Below are positions 17,638 to 26,813 of a DNA stretch of 64,000 bases, in pieces. Position 1 is the stretch's first letter; the number at the start of each line of letters is the position of its first letter. Source of the DNA: Nitrosopumilus sp. (GTDB lineage: Archaea > Thermoproteota > Nitrososphaeria > Nitrososphaerales > Nitrosopumilaceae); contig CBDBLO010000002.1 of the NCBI GenBank assembly GCA_965207075.1, positions 800,001 through 864,000 on the forward strand, given 5' to 3'. Both the position numbers and the translations under genes were made by a program. Below the pieces are notes generated by a model that worked only from the letters and a program-made list of their open reading frames with translations, made no database searches and was not told where the DNA came from.

Positions 17638-17967
17638 ATGGGCCTGATGGACCGCATGATGCGGCAGTTTGATGACGACGTGGGCCGCCTCCGTGACGGG
17701 CTGCTGCCAGAGAACCTGGCGTACTGGTACGGAAAGGTCACGGCAGACGCCGTAGAGATGGCTCCCCCCTGGCTTCAGGACAAGATTGCGGTGAGGCAGG
17801 ATCCGATACTTCCGATGAAGTTTGACCTGGACATATCGAGGCGGGCCGTCCGCTACTTTGCAATCGCGGTGGAGAAGAACATGGGGGACATGCCGCGCAC
17901 CACCCGGCTGTACTTTCTCAAGGTGCAGCAGGCGGTATCATCGGAGATGGACAAGTCGCTTGTGTGA
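17638..17967 (+). CDS. Hypothetical protein
   Basis: Clean ORF with typical codon usage. Confidence 0.7.
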   Translation: MGLMDRMMRQFDDDVGRLRDGLLPENLAYWYGKVTADAVEMAPPWLQDKIAVRQDPILPMKFDLDISRRAVRYFAIAVEKNMGDMPRTTRLYFLKVQQAVSSEMDKSLV

Positions 17968-17997
17968 CGCTTAAAATATGCGGCGCGCGGCGGTGCG

Positions 17998-18591
17998 GTG
18001 ATGCCGCCCTTTTACGTATCCAAGAGGCCCGGGGGCCCCCGCAGGCAGGTGCGCCGGGACTCGGGGGGAAAGAAGAGGCCGGCGCGCTCGTACCGCAACT
18101 CGGGATATGGCAAGGGCGATTCACGCGACGGCGGCGCCGGCCGCGGCGCCAACCGCGGAGGGCCCCGGCGCGGCGCGCGCCAGCAGGGCCGCGCCAAGCC
18201 GGCGCGCCGGAACGGGTACGACACGCGCAGCAGCGGCAGCAGCAGCGGCAGCAGCGGCGCAGGCGCGCCGAAAGGCTCGGGATTTTACGACGCGGTTCGT
18301 GAGAGACTCTTTGAGATGCTCGGTGGCAAGGTATGCTCAGGCTGCGGGTTCAGGGATCCCAGGGCCCTTGGCATCGCCTCCCGGTACGGGGATGCCCCGT
18401 TTGACTCCGTCGGCAGGGGAGGGCCGATCTCGTCGTCTTGGTCCCGGTATGAGTCGGATCCGGAGCTGGCGTCATCGGAGCTGATGGTACTGTGTCTCAA
18501 CTGCAACCGCATAAGGGAACCCATCTCAAGGAAGGACTCGGGTGACGCCCGCGCCGACAAGAAGGCAAGGGGGCGGAGATTTCCGCGCTAG
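17998..18591 (+). CDS. Hypothetical protein: Arg/Gly-rich N-terminus plus CxxC...CxxC zinc-binding domain
   Basis: LGGKVCSGCG...LMVLCLNCNRIR. Confidence 0.7.
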   Translation: MMPPFYVSKRPGGPRRQVRRDSGGKKRPARSYRNSGYGKGDSRDGGAGRGANRGGPRRGARQQGRAKPARRNGYDTRSSGSSSGSSGAGAPKGSGFYDAVRERLFEMLGGKVCSGCGFRDPRALGIASRYGDAPFDSVGRGGPISSSWSRYESDPELASSELMVLCLNCNRIREPISRKDSGDARADKKARGRRFPR

Positions 18592-18711
18592 CTGTAATGT
18601 CCGGCGGGAGCGCGGGCGCGGCATCAGTCCTGGTAGTGGCGGCGGCGGGACATGCGAGGCAAGCGGCAGAATACAATAAACTATAAATTGTTAGATCGTC
18701 CAAAATTTGGC

Positions 18712-18846
18712 ATGGGCAAAATCGGATTCAAGCCAGAGTGGATGAGATCCCACACCAAACGTGCCAGAGAGTTTGATGAGCAGTACACGGGCAAGGAACC
18801 GGCATTGGACTTGGACGGGTACGTGAAGTGGCTTCATGGTACGTAG
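18712..18846 (+). CDS. Small protein, putative antitoxin
   Basis: 44 aa, low GC, TATA-like tataaat at ~18682, overlaps the start of the next gene. Confidence 0.5.
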   Translation: MGKIGFKPEWMRSHTKRAREFDEQYTGKEPALDLDGYVKWLHGT

Positions 18847-19150
18847 TAACAAACCCATTTGGAAGCTGGTACGATATGACCGCTTCCAAAGCGATTTTCT
18901 TCGATTGAGTCCTGAGGGACAGTGGATAGTCAAGAACACACTGAATGCCATGGTACATAAGAAGAACCCTACTGCGGTTTATCAAAACGAGGTTTGTGAT
19001 GAGTGTCTTCCTGATTTGTATTTGTTCGGCGTACATGATGACGGGATTGGAAACAAGAAGCTAGCACTGCTAATCCACCTTGACAGAAAGAGGAAGATCC
19101 TGTGCCCAGTGTCAGTGTATAAGGCGAGATTGCCCAACCACACAAACTAG
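18836..19150 (+). CDS. Putative RelE/ParE-fold toxin
   Basis: 104 aa, low GC; WKLVRYDRFQSDFLRLSPEGQWIVKNTL..NP pattern, C-terminal beta strands. Confidence 0.5.
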   Translation: MVRSNKPIWKLVRYDRFQSDFLRLSPEGQWIVKNTLNAMVHKKNPTAVYQNEVCDECLPDLYLFGVHDDGIGNKKLALLIHLDRKRKILCPVSVYKARLPNHTN

Positions 19151-19364
19151 TATGCTGAAGCCTTGGGCACGGGGCCTGAATCATCGTCTTGATCTTGCTA
19201 CTATTTGACAGTGGTTCTCATCACACACGTTCTTGATATCCCCTGCCTGACTCCATTCCTATTCAGGTTCCGCCGCTTCCCAGCCCCGGCAGCGCTCAAT
19301 GTTTAATTATCCCGGTTCGGGCACCAACCGCATGGACTCGGACACAAAGGCACTGGGACTGTCC

Positions 19365-19793
19365 CTAATTGCCATGGTCGGAATCGTCGGAATCTACGTC
19401 GTCTTTTTCACGTAGGCGCTTTGCAATCATGACGGAGTCGTCGGGCTTGGCACCGTCTCTACTCCCGTCATAGTCGTCACCGTCCACACCGCGGGGGCCG
19501 CGACACGTGCGGGCCATGACCAGCTTGTGCTCCTGTTCTGTTACCGACTGGACAAAGTCCGCAAACGCCTCCACGGCCGACTCGTCCCTCAGCAGTATGC
19601 TATGTGACGAGCCGTCTGCAAGCGATATGACCACCTCGTTTCCTACGGAGTTTACAACGGCCTTGACGAACGTCTGCGCCTCCTCCGTGTCGGGGTCTCT
19701 GACCAGTATCAGGCTTGCAAGCTTCTGCGCCTCGTATCCGTCCTCGCAGGGTATTACGATTGTGGCGTCGTTCTCGCGTGACACGCGCCTCAC
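19365..19793 (-). CDS. Hypothetical protein, coupled to trpS
   Basis: GTG start overlaps the trpS stop. Confidence 0.7.
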   Translation of the reverse strand: MRRVSRENDATIVIPCEDGYEAQKLASLILVRDPDTEEAQTFVKAVVNSVGNEVVISLADGSSHSILLRDESAVEAFADFVQSVTEQEHKLVMARTCRGPRGVDGDDYDGSRDGAKPDDSVMIAKRLREKDDVDSDDSDHGN

Positions 19794-20944
19794 CTGTTGC
19801 CGCCGCTACCGCCGTCATCCCAGCCGCCGCCGCAGTCATCCTCCAGCAGGAACTGCCCAAGCGTGTCCCTTGCCTCTTCCCGCCGCGCCTGATGTACCTC
19901 CAGAAACGCGTTGATCTTCTCGATCAGTATGGACTTTAGCTCGCCGGTCAGCATCTTTCCTGACCTGTAGTCGTCGTGGATCTTTTTCAGCTTTGCATCG
20001 TCTGGCTCAAAGAACATCTTCAGATACTGGTATGACACGTCCACGTCCGGGTCGCCCCCAAGCTTGCGGTGCTGCTCCACGTCCGGCTGCCCCCCCGAGA
20101 AGGCGTACTTGTTTACCTTCTTTCTGACCTGCGCGGGCGTGTCGGTGGTGTATATGGTGCCCGTCTCAGACGACGCCGACATCTTGCCGCCGGGCCCCTC
20201 GAGCGCGGGCATCATCACGTTGTGCATCAGGGCCGGCTTGTGCCTGCCCATCCTGGGCGCCACGTCGCGCGTCAGCCTAAAGTGCGGGTCCTGGTCCACC
20301 CCCAGCGGGATCAGCACGGGATCGTCCTCCAGAAAGCAGGGGGCCGACTGGAGCGACGTGTAGAATATCATGCCCAGGTTGGTCTCGTTTGTAAACCCGA
20401 ACACCGCCTTTGCGTTTGAAAAGTTCAGCCTCTTTGCGACTTGGGCCGCAATCGGATACAGCGTCCTGATGTTTTTCGTGTCTATTATGATCCTGGTGTT
20501 GCGTGGCTTGAATCCGAGCGCCACAAAGTCGAGCGCGTTTTCGAGCGCGTACTGCGTGGCGTCGCCCATCGCAAGCGCGTCCTTTGAGAAGAACTTTTCG
20601 TCGTCGGTAAGCTGAAAGTACATCTTGACGTCGAACTTGTCCTGCAGCCATTTTGCAAAGACCCACGGGAGCAGGTGCCCTATGTGGGTGTGCCCGGACG
20701 GACCCCTCCCCGTATACAGGAAGAACTTCTGCCCGTTCTCGTACCTGTCAAGTATGCCGCCGAGGTCCCTGTGGGAGAAGAATATGCGCCTGCGAACCAT
20801 GTAGTGATCCTCCCCGGCAAGCCTGAAGAGCCTCGACCTCAGCTCGTCGGTGATGCGCTCCGTCCCGAACCTTTCGATGAGCCTGTCATAGTCTATCTTG
20901 CCCTCTGTCCTCCAAGGCGTCACGACAAACTCGTCTTCTGGCAT
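19790..20944 (-). CDS. trpS: Tryptophanyl-tRNA synthetase
   Basis: VTPW, LYTGRGPS..HIGH, QLTDDEK, DQDPHFRLTRD, KMSAS. Confidence 0.97.
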   Translation of the reverse strand: MPEDEFVVTPWRTEGKIDYDRLIERFGTERITDELRSRLFRLAGEDHYMVRRRIFFSHRDLGGILDRYENGQKFFLYTGRGPSGHTHIGHLLPWVFAKWLQDKFDVKMYFQLTDDEKFFSKDALAMGDATQYALENALDFVALGFKPRNTRIIIDTKNIRTLYPIAAQVAKRLNFSNAKAVFGFTNETNLGMIFYTSLQSAPCFLEDDPVLIPLGVDQDPHFRLTRDVAPRMGRHKPALMHNVMMPALEGPGGKMSASSETGTIYTTDTPAQVRKKVNKYAFSGGQPDVEQHRKLGGDPDVDVSYQYLKMFFEPDDAKLKKIHDDYRSGKMLTGELKSILIEKINAFLEVHQARREEARDTLGQFLLEDDCGGGWDDGGSGGNR

Positions 20945-21113
20945 GCGCGCAGATGCAGCGCGGGATTAAAAAAGTCTTTTTTGAAGGGTTCTGCGGCATG
21001 GACAGCTCGCCGCCTGTAACACCCGCGGCGCGTTGGCCGCCGATCACGGGCTGGATCTTCTGCGACGGAATTCTCCCCCTCCCGAACAACTGACAACGCA
21101 GTTTTGAATCATC

Positions 21114-21335
21114 TCACCGCAGTCTTAAGAACTCCTCTTTTGATAAGCCCGTCTGATTTATTATTGCACGCAAGGTTCCTCTCGCTATTTCTTTGTGGTT
21201 TGGGATGGTTAATTTTCTATATGGGTAGCTTTCATTCCTTAGTATAATGTGACCTCCTGATTGATGATCTACAAGATACCCAATCTTGGCTAGCATTTTT
21301 ATCAGATCTCTTGCAGATACTATGGGCAGCCTCAT
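21114..21335 (-). CDS. hicA: HicA-family toxin
   Basis: LPIVSARDLIKML.KIGY..DHQSGGH..LTIPNHKEIARGTLRAI; low GC. Confidence 0.9.
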   Translation of the reverse strand: MRLPIVSARDLIKMLAKIGYLVDHQSGGHIILRNESYPYRKLTIPNHKEIARGTLRAIINQTGLSKEEFLRLR

Positions 21336-21384
21336 CCCTCTTGTGAAATGACGCTGATAACAAAAGACGTTCTATCCTTGGCGT

Positions 21385-21597
21385 TCAGACCTGTATGTCG
21401 ACAGTCTCTTCATGAATGGAAAACGGAATTGGCTCATCATGTTTTTTAAGACTGGTAATGTATCCGGAGATTGCATCCTTGATGTTTTCCAAAGCTGCAT
21501 CTCTCGTGCTTCCTTGTGATATGCACCCCGGAAGTTCCGGAACCTCGGATGTGAATGCCCCATCCTCGTCTTGTTTTATGAGCACTCGAAACTTCAT
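21385..21597 (-). CDS. hicB: HicB-family antitoxin (short form, no DNA-binding domain)
   Basis: DEDGAFTSEVPELPGCISQGSTRDAALENIKDAI. Confidence 0.9.
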   Translation of the reverse strand: MKFRVLIKQDEDGAFTSEVPELPGCISQGSTRDAALENIKDAISGYITSLKKHDEPIPFSIHEETVDIQV

Positions 21598-21779
21598 CCC
21601 TGCGTATATTTGCGGCCTCCATTATAAAAGTATGAGGCGATTCGGCGCATGAGTTCACGATCCCCTAAAACTGGGCGTCAACTTCGTATTCATGCAGATG
21701 CCGCCGACCCTGCCGTTCACGCAGTCACCCGCGGCCCCTGCGATTACATTCATAATGCTTGCGTCCCCCCCAGCGTTCA

Positions 21780-23237
21780 ATGCCGGAGATGGTGCTGCAC
21801 ATAATAGAGAAAAAAATAATCTCGTCCCTCCGCTCCGAGCCCCACCAGTCACTCGGCAGGCTGGCCGGTTCTGCCGGGCTCTCGCTTGACCAGGCGCGCC
21901 GCGGGGTCGAGTGGCTGCGCCACAAGGGGCTCGCCGAGGTGTCCGAATCCGAGGAGGCTGCAATATCGCTTGGCAAAAACGGCATGCGCCTTCCGCACAC
22001 GATGCTTCCGGAAAGACAGCTTTTGGACATGCTGTTGAAGGGGGGGCCGCAGGAGATGCCCGTCCTTCGGGAAAACATGGGCCCGCTGTTTGGGGCGGCC
22101 ATGGGGATTGTAAAGAGAAACGGGTGGGCCGCCACAAGGTCCGAGAAGGGGCGCATCGTCGTATCCGCCGCCCCGCCCAGGGACATCCCGGGGATGCTGC
22201 CCGGCGAGGCCACCCTGCGCGCGCTTGCGGGCGCCAAGGGAGGTCCCATAAGCGCAGAATCGGTGGATTCCTCGGATCTGGAGTCGCTGCTCCGGCGGCC
22301 CGAGCTAGTCACAAAGACCGTCACAAAGACAAAGCACGTCTCGCTGTCCGAGGCCGCCGGGAGCGTCGACGCGTCATTCGACGAGGAGGGCCGGGAGGGG
22401 GGCGCCAAGGCGGGCGCGATAGACGTGGGGGCAGACGTGCCGGCCGCGCCGCGCGGGCGCAGGCACCCGCTCAAGGAGGTCATATCCGAAATAAGGGAGA
22501 TATTTGTCACCATGGGGTTCTCGGAGGTGTCCGGCAGCGTGGTGCAGCCGTGCTTTTGGAACTTTGACGCGCTGCTCACCCCTCAGGACCACCCCTCAAG
22601 GGAGATGCAGGACACGTTCTACCTGGACGTTGCGCCCGGCGGGCTCGACTCGACGCCGGCGCACGTCAGGCGCGTCTCAAGGGCGCACAGGGACACGTGG
22701 CGCCAGAAGTGGGATGCCGCCGAGGCAGCAAGGATGGTACTGCGCACGCACACCACCTGCGTCACGCTGCGTCGCCTCCTGCAGTCGCCGGACGCCCTGG
22801 GCGACGCGCGGATATTCTCGCTTGGGCGCGTGTTTAGGAACGAGAAGACCAGCTACAAGCACCTGGCCGAGTTTACCCAGGTGGAGGGCGTGGTTCACGA
22901 GGCCGGCTCCACCATACGGGGCCTGATGGGGATACAGGCAGAGTTTTACCGCAGGCTCGGACTCCCGAAAGTAAGGTTCTGGCCCACCTTCTTCCCGTAT
23001 ACGGAGCCCTCGTTCCAGTCGATGGTATACAATGAGAGGCTCGGCAAGTGGGTCGAGCTGTTCGGCATGGGCATATTCCACCCGCACGTGACCCGGGGAC
23101 TGAAGCACCCCGTGCTGGCCTGGGGCGGCGGGGTGGAGCGCATTGCGATGCTAAAGTACGGCGTGGACGACGTGCGGGAGTTTTACGCGAACAACCTGGG
23201 GCTGCTGCGCGGCATGAGGCGGAGGGACGACGCGTAG
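21780..23237 (+). CDS. pheS: Phenylalanyl-tRNA synthetase alpha subunit
   Basis: FWNFDALLTPQDHPSREMQDTFY, LRTHTT, GRVFRNE, FFPYTEPS. Confidence 0.97.
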   Translation: MPEMVLHIIEKKIISSLRSEPHQSLGRLAGSAGLSLDQARRGVEWLRHKGLAEVSESEEAAISLGKNGMRLPHTMLPERQLLDMLLKGGPQEMPVLRENMGPLFGAAMGIVKRNGWAATRSEKGRIVVSAAPPRDIPGMLPGEATLRALAGAKGGPISAESVDSSDLESLLRRPELVTKTVTKTKHVSLSEAAGSVDASFDEEGREGGAKAGAIDVGADVPAAPRGRRHPLKEVISEIREIFVTMGFSEVSGSVVQPCFWNFDALLTPQDHPSREMQDTFYLDVAPGGLDSTPAHVRRVSRAHRDTWRQKWDAAEAARMVLRTHTTCVTLRRLLQSPDALGDARIFSLGRVFRNEKTSYKHLAEFTQVEGVVHEAGSTIRGLMGIQAEFYRRLGLPKVRFWPTFFPYTEPSFQSMVYNERLGKWVELFGMGIFHPHVTRGLKHPVLAWGGGVERIAMLKYGVDDVREFYANNLGLLRGMRRRDDA

Positions 23238-25025
23238 ATGCCGGTAGTGGAGCTGTCGTACGAGAGGCTGGAGGGACTGGTGTCCCAAGGCGGCACGCGC
23301 GTGTCGCGGGACGAGATATCCGAGAGACTCCCGTACCTGGGGCTTGACATAGAGTCTGATGACGGCGACGCGGTGCGCATAGAGTACAGCCCCAACAGGC
23401 CGGACTATGCCACCGACGTGGGGGTCTCGCTTGCGCTGCAGGGCCTGCTTGGCGTCAGGGTGGGGCCGGTGCCGCTTGATGCGGCCCCCCCCGCCCCGTC
23501 GGGGCCGGACCTGATCGTGGCAAGGCGGTCGGTGGCCGGCGTGCGCCCGGTCATCACGGGCATAGTGGCAAGGGGCGGGGCGCTCGACGACCACATGCTG
23601 CGGCAGCTGGTCACGCTGCAGGAGGACCTGCACCTCGGGCTGGGCCGCGGCCGCAGAAAGGTGGCCATAGGACTGCACGACGCCTCAAAGATAACCGGCG
23701 GGTTTCCCCTCACGTATACGGCCGTGCCCGCGGGCCACAGGTTTGTGCCGCTCAACGAGACAAAGGAGATGACCATATCCCAGATCATAAAGGGGACGAA
23801 GGCGGGCCGCGCGTACGGCCACCTGGTGGCGGGACATGAAAGGTTCCCCGTCATCCTCGATGGCGGCGGCAACACCGTATCGCTGCCCCCGATTATAAAC
23901 TCGGCAATGACTGCGGTTACAACCGGCACGACTGACATCTTTGTGGATGTCACGGGCGTATCCCGGCATGCGGCAGAGGACGCCCTTGCCATAGTGGCGG
24001 TCACGCTGCGCGCCGCGGGGTTCTCCCTGGAGCGGATCGGGATCGGGGGCGGCCGGAACAGGACCCCCCCGCTTGAGACCCGCACCATACCAGTATCGGT
24101 GGGACGTGCCAACGAGATGCTCGGGCTGGGGCTGTCCGTGTCAGACGCGGCGTCGTGCCTTGAGAGGTGCAGGCTGCAGCCCGTGCCGCAGGATAGCAGC
24201 GGTGGCGGCCAAAACGATGTCATACCGTGCCTGGTGCCGCCGCACAGGCCAGACATCGTGTCAGAGGTCGACTTGGTCGAGGAGATCGCCCTGGGATACG
24301 GCACGTGGCGCATACGGCCCGTGCTGTCGCCGTCCAAGACGTTCGGGGCCTATGACGCCGCGTCGGTTACACATGACGCGATCGACATGGCAATGGTCGG
24401 GATGGGGTACGTCGAGGCTCTTAACCCCGGCCTGAGCAACGCGCGCATACTGTACGAGATGGCAGGCCGCCGGACGCCCCCCCGGAGCCGCATGATCTCG
24501 GCAGTTGATTCGAAGAGCCGCGAACATTCCGTGCTGCGCGACTCGCTACTCCCCGGGCTCGTAGAGAACCTGTCCAGGAACATACACGAGGAATACCCTC
24601 AGAAGCTGTACGAGACCGGAACCGTGTTCCTGAGGGGCGGGCGCAGGGCGGCGGGTTCCAGCAAGCGGGCAGATGATGCCCCCCCCGTGTCTGAGAGGAT
24701 GCACGTGGCGGCCGTCGCGGCGCACACCGACTCGGGCTTTTCAGAGGCAAAGTCCGTGCTGCAGACCGTCCTTGGCGCGGCCGTTTCAGACGCGTCGGAG
24801 ATACGCACCGCGCCTGCGCTGCACCACATGTTTGCAGACGGCAGGTGCGCAAAGGTCTCCATCATCATACGCGATGACGCCGGCGGGGGCCGCGCGCGCG
24901 GACGCCGCCACGTCATAGGATACGCGGGCGAGATAGACCCCGCCATACTATCTGCATATAGGATCAGGGTTCCGGCAGCCGGATTTGAGGTGTCGCTACC
25001 TGACGTGCCGCCTGCCGCGGCGTAG
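23238..25025 (+). CDS. pheT: Phenylalanyl-tRNA synthetase beta subunit
   Basis: PNRPD, LQEDLH..GRGRRKVAIGLHD, SLPPIINS, RPDI..EVDLVEEIA. Confidence 0.95.
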   Translation: MPVVELSYERLEGLVSQGGTRVSRDEISERLPYLGLDIESDDGDAVRIEYSPNRPDYATDVGVSLALQGLLGVRVGPVPLDAAPPAPSGPDLIVARRSVAGVRPVITGIVARGGALDDHMLRQLVTLQEDLHLGLGRGRRKVAIGLHDASKITGGFPLTYTAVPAGHRFVPLNETKEMTISQIIKGTKAGRAYGHLVAGHERFPVILDGGGNTVSLPPIINSAMTAVTTGTTDIFVDVTGVSRHAAEDALAIVAVTLRAAGFSLERIGIGGGRNRTPPLETRTIPVSVGRANEMLGLGLSVSDAASCLERCRLQPVPQDSSGGGQNDVIPCLVPPHRPDIVSEVDLVEEIALGYGTWRIRPVLSPSKTFGAYDAASVTHDAIDMAMVGMGYVEALNPGLSNARILYEMAGRRTPPRSRMISAVDSKSREHSVLRDSLLPGLVENLSRNIHEEYPQKLYETGTVFLRGGRRAAGSSKRADDAPPVSERMHVAAVAAHTDSGFSEAKSVLQTVLGAAVSDASEIRTAPALHHMFADGRCAKVSIIIRDDAGGGRARGRRHVIGYAGEIDPAILSAYRIRVPAAGFEVSLPDVPPAAA

Positions 25026-25328
25026 CAGCGCCGAGGCCGCCCTGGGCACGCACATTACGGCACCCGCGCCAAATATTGCGGCCCCGATGACAAACTCTGT
25101 TACAAGCCGGCCGTGCAGCGACCTCTGCTCCGCGTCGCCTGCGGCCGACATCGCCGCGTCGCCTGCATCCGCGCCAAATCCCCCTAGGTACTCGATCTGC
25201 GGATAGTCAAACGTCATGATCAGAGCCCCCAGCACCATGCATGTGACGCCTGCAAGCGGCACGGCAGTCGACGGTGCGGCGGGCCAGGCCGGCGGTTTGC
25301 CCATCTTCATCACGCGGGTGTCTTGCAC
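24996..25328 (-). CDS. Small two-TM membrane protein
   Basis: Two hydrophobic segments flanking DYPQIEY. Confidence 0.6.
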   Translation of the reverse strand: MQDTRVMKMGKPPAWPAAPSTAVPLAGVTCMVLGALIMTFDYPQIEYLGGFGADAGDAAMSAAGDAEQRSLHGRLVTEFVIGAAIFGAGAVMCVPRAASALLRRGRRHVR

Positions 25329-25430
25329 GTGCCGTTTAATCCTATACGTGCAGCCGGCCGCTTGCAGCCCGTGCGACGCCTTCAGGCCGTCGAGTCCGCG
25401 GCCATCTGATGCCGGCCGGCGACCTCTAGG

Positions 25431-25551
25431 TGGAGGAGGCGGGATTTGAACCCACGAACTCCTGAGAGACAGGATCGCCCATGTTTGATCTTAAGTCCTG
25501 CATGTCCAAAAGCCGTTACGGCTTGCTTTGGCCAGGCTTGATTACTCCTCC
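25431..25551 (-). tRNA. tRNA-Leu(TAA) with two introns (25504-25525 at 23/24; 25476-25489 at 37/38)
   Basis: Acceptor GGAGGAG/CTCCTCC; removing both inserts restores the D-arm, CAGGA-CTTAAGA-TCCTG anticodon arm and long variable arm; both inserts sit in BHB-type motifs. Confidence 0.9.
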
Positions 25552-25797
25552 TCTTTTCTCAATGATGCCGCGTGAGATTTAACGGTTTGTCACTGCCTGC
25601 GCGTACGCGCTCTGGTCGGTTGGCGCCGTGTGCGTAAGCAGGGCGCGAGATACGGTCATTCCAGTTAGTCCGCCGCCGGCAGGCGCAGCCCGGCTGCAGG
25701 CCCTGCTGTATAGGCCGCCTCTTCTTCGTGGTTCGCGTGAGCGGCCCTGCGCTTGATGAGCGTAACTAATATAGGCCGCATAGTCCGTCAAGCCAAA

Positions 25798-26286
25798 TTG
25801 CAAGTAGTGCCAGAGGATAGGATGACGCTTTTCTCTGAGATGGAGTCAAAGTACGAGTCGCGCGACACCGAATATTTTGTGAGTCTCCTGGACCATCCGG
25901 ACTACGTGGTAAGGACCAGGGCCACCTGCATATTGGTGGACTTTGGCGGGGAGGACAAGGTCGAGTACATTGCGCGGGTTCTAAAGAACGACGAGAACGA
26001 GCTGGTCCGGCACGAGGCGGCCTTTTCGCTGGGCCAGATGGGGCATTCGACGGGAATACCGCCCCTTGCCGACGCCACCCTCAACGATCCGAGCCTCTTT
26101 GTCCGGCACGAGGCGGCAATCGCCCTGGGCGTGGTGGGATCAAGCGAGGCAAAGGAGGCGCTGCAGGGCGCGCTGTCGGATCCCGACAAGCCGGTGGTGG
26201 ACTCCGCCGTGGTGGCTCTTTCAAACATACGATTCATGGAGACGCTCTGCAGAAACGAGCAGTTTGCAAAGCTCACGGGGGGATGA
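25798..26286 (+). CDS. HEAT-repeat (PBS lyase-like) protein
   Basis: VRHEAAFSLGQ and VRHEAAIALG repeats; TTG start assumed. Confidence 0.85.
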   Translation: MQVVPEDRMTLFSEMESKYESRDTEYFVSLLDHPDYVVRTRATCILVDFGGEDKVEYIARVLKNDENELVRHEAAFSLGQMGHSTGIPPLADATLNDPSLFVRHEAAIALGVVGSSEAKEALQGALSDPDKPVVDSAVVALSNIRFMETLCRNEQFAKLTGG

Positions 26287-26290
26287 ACTG

Positions 26291-26755
26291 CTGGCAAACT
26301 TTTCCTATGGCGTGATTGCGGCAGTGGGCATCCTGGTTGCGGTATCCCTCGGGTTCGTCGCGATGGATCCTGACGAGATTGTCGCCGAGAGGGCGCCCGA
26401 GCCGGCCGCAATGGTGCCGGGCCTGCCGCCCGCCGATGAAGCGGAGGTTGCAGAATCGCCGCCGCCCATCGTCTCGATGCCCCTTGGAACGTCCACCCCG
26501 GAATGCAAGGCCGACAACACCTGCTACCTGCCGTACAATCTGGAGGTGGCAGCCGGCACCGCCGTCACGTGGGTCAACGATGACACTGCGGCCCATACCG
26601 TAACCAGCGGGACGACGGATGGCATAACCGATCTGTTTGACTCCGGGCTTGTCATGCCAGAGGCCTCGTTTGAGTACGTGTTTGACGAGGCCGGCACCTA
26701 CGACTATTTCTGCATAGTCCATCCGTGGATGACCGGAATAGTCACAGTGTCATGA
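26291..26755 (+). CDS. Membrane-anchored blue copper protein (plastocyanin/azurin family)
   Basis: N-terminal TM; WVNDDTAAHTVTSG; YDYFCIVHPWM; start codon uncertain. Confidence 0.9.
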   Translation: MANFSYGVIAAVGILVAVSLGFVAMDPDEIVAERAPEPAAMVPGLPPADEAEVAESPPPIVSMPLGTSTPECKADNTCYLPYNLEVAAGTAVTWVNDDTAAHTVTSGTTDGITDLFDSGLVMPEASFEYVFDEAGTYDYFCIVHPWMTGIVTVS

Positions 26756-26813
26756 TAACGGCAGCGATGGTGGTGACGCCGGCGGCACTCGGCCCCTGCG
26801 GGCTGCTGCGCCA

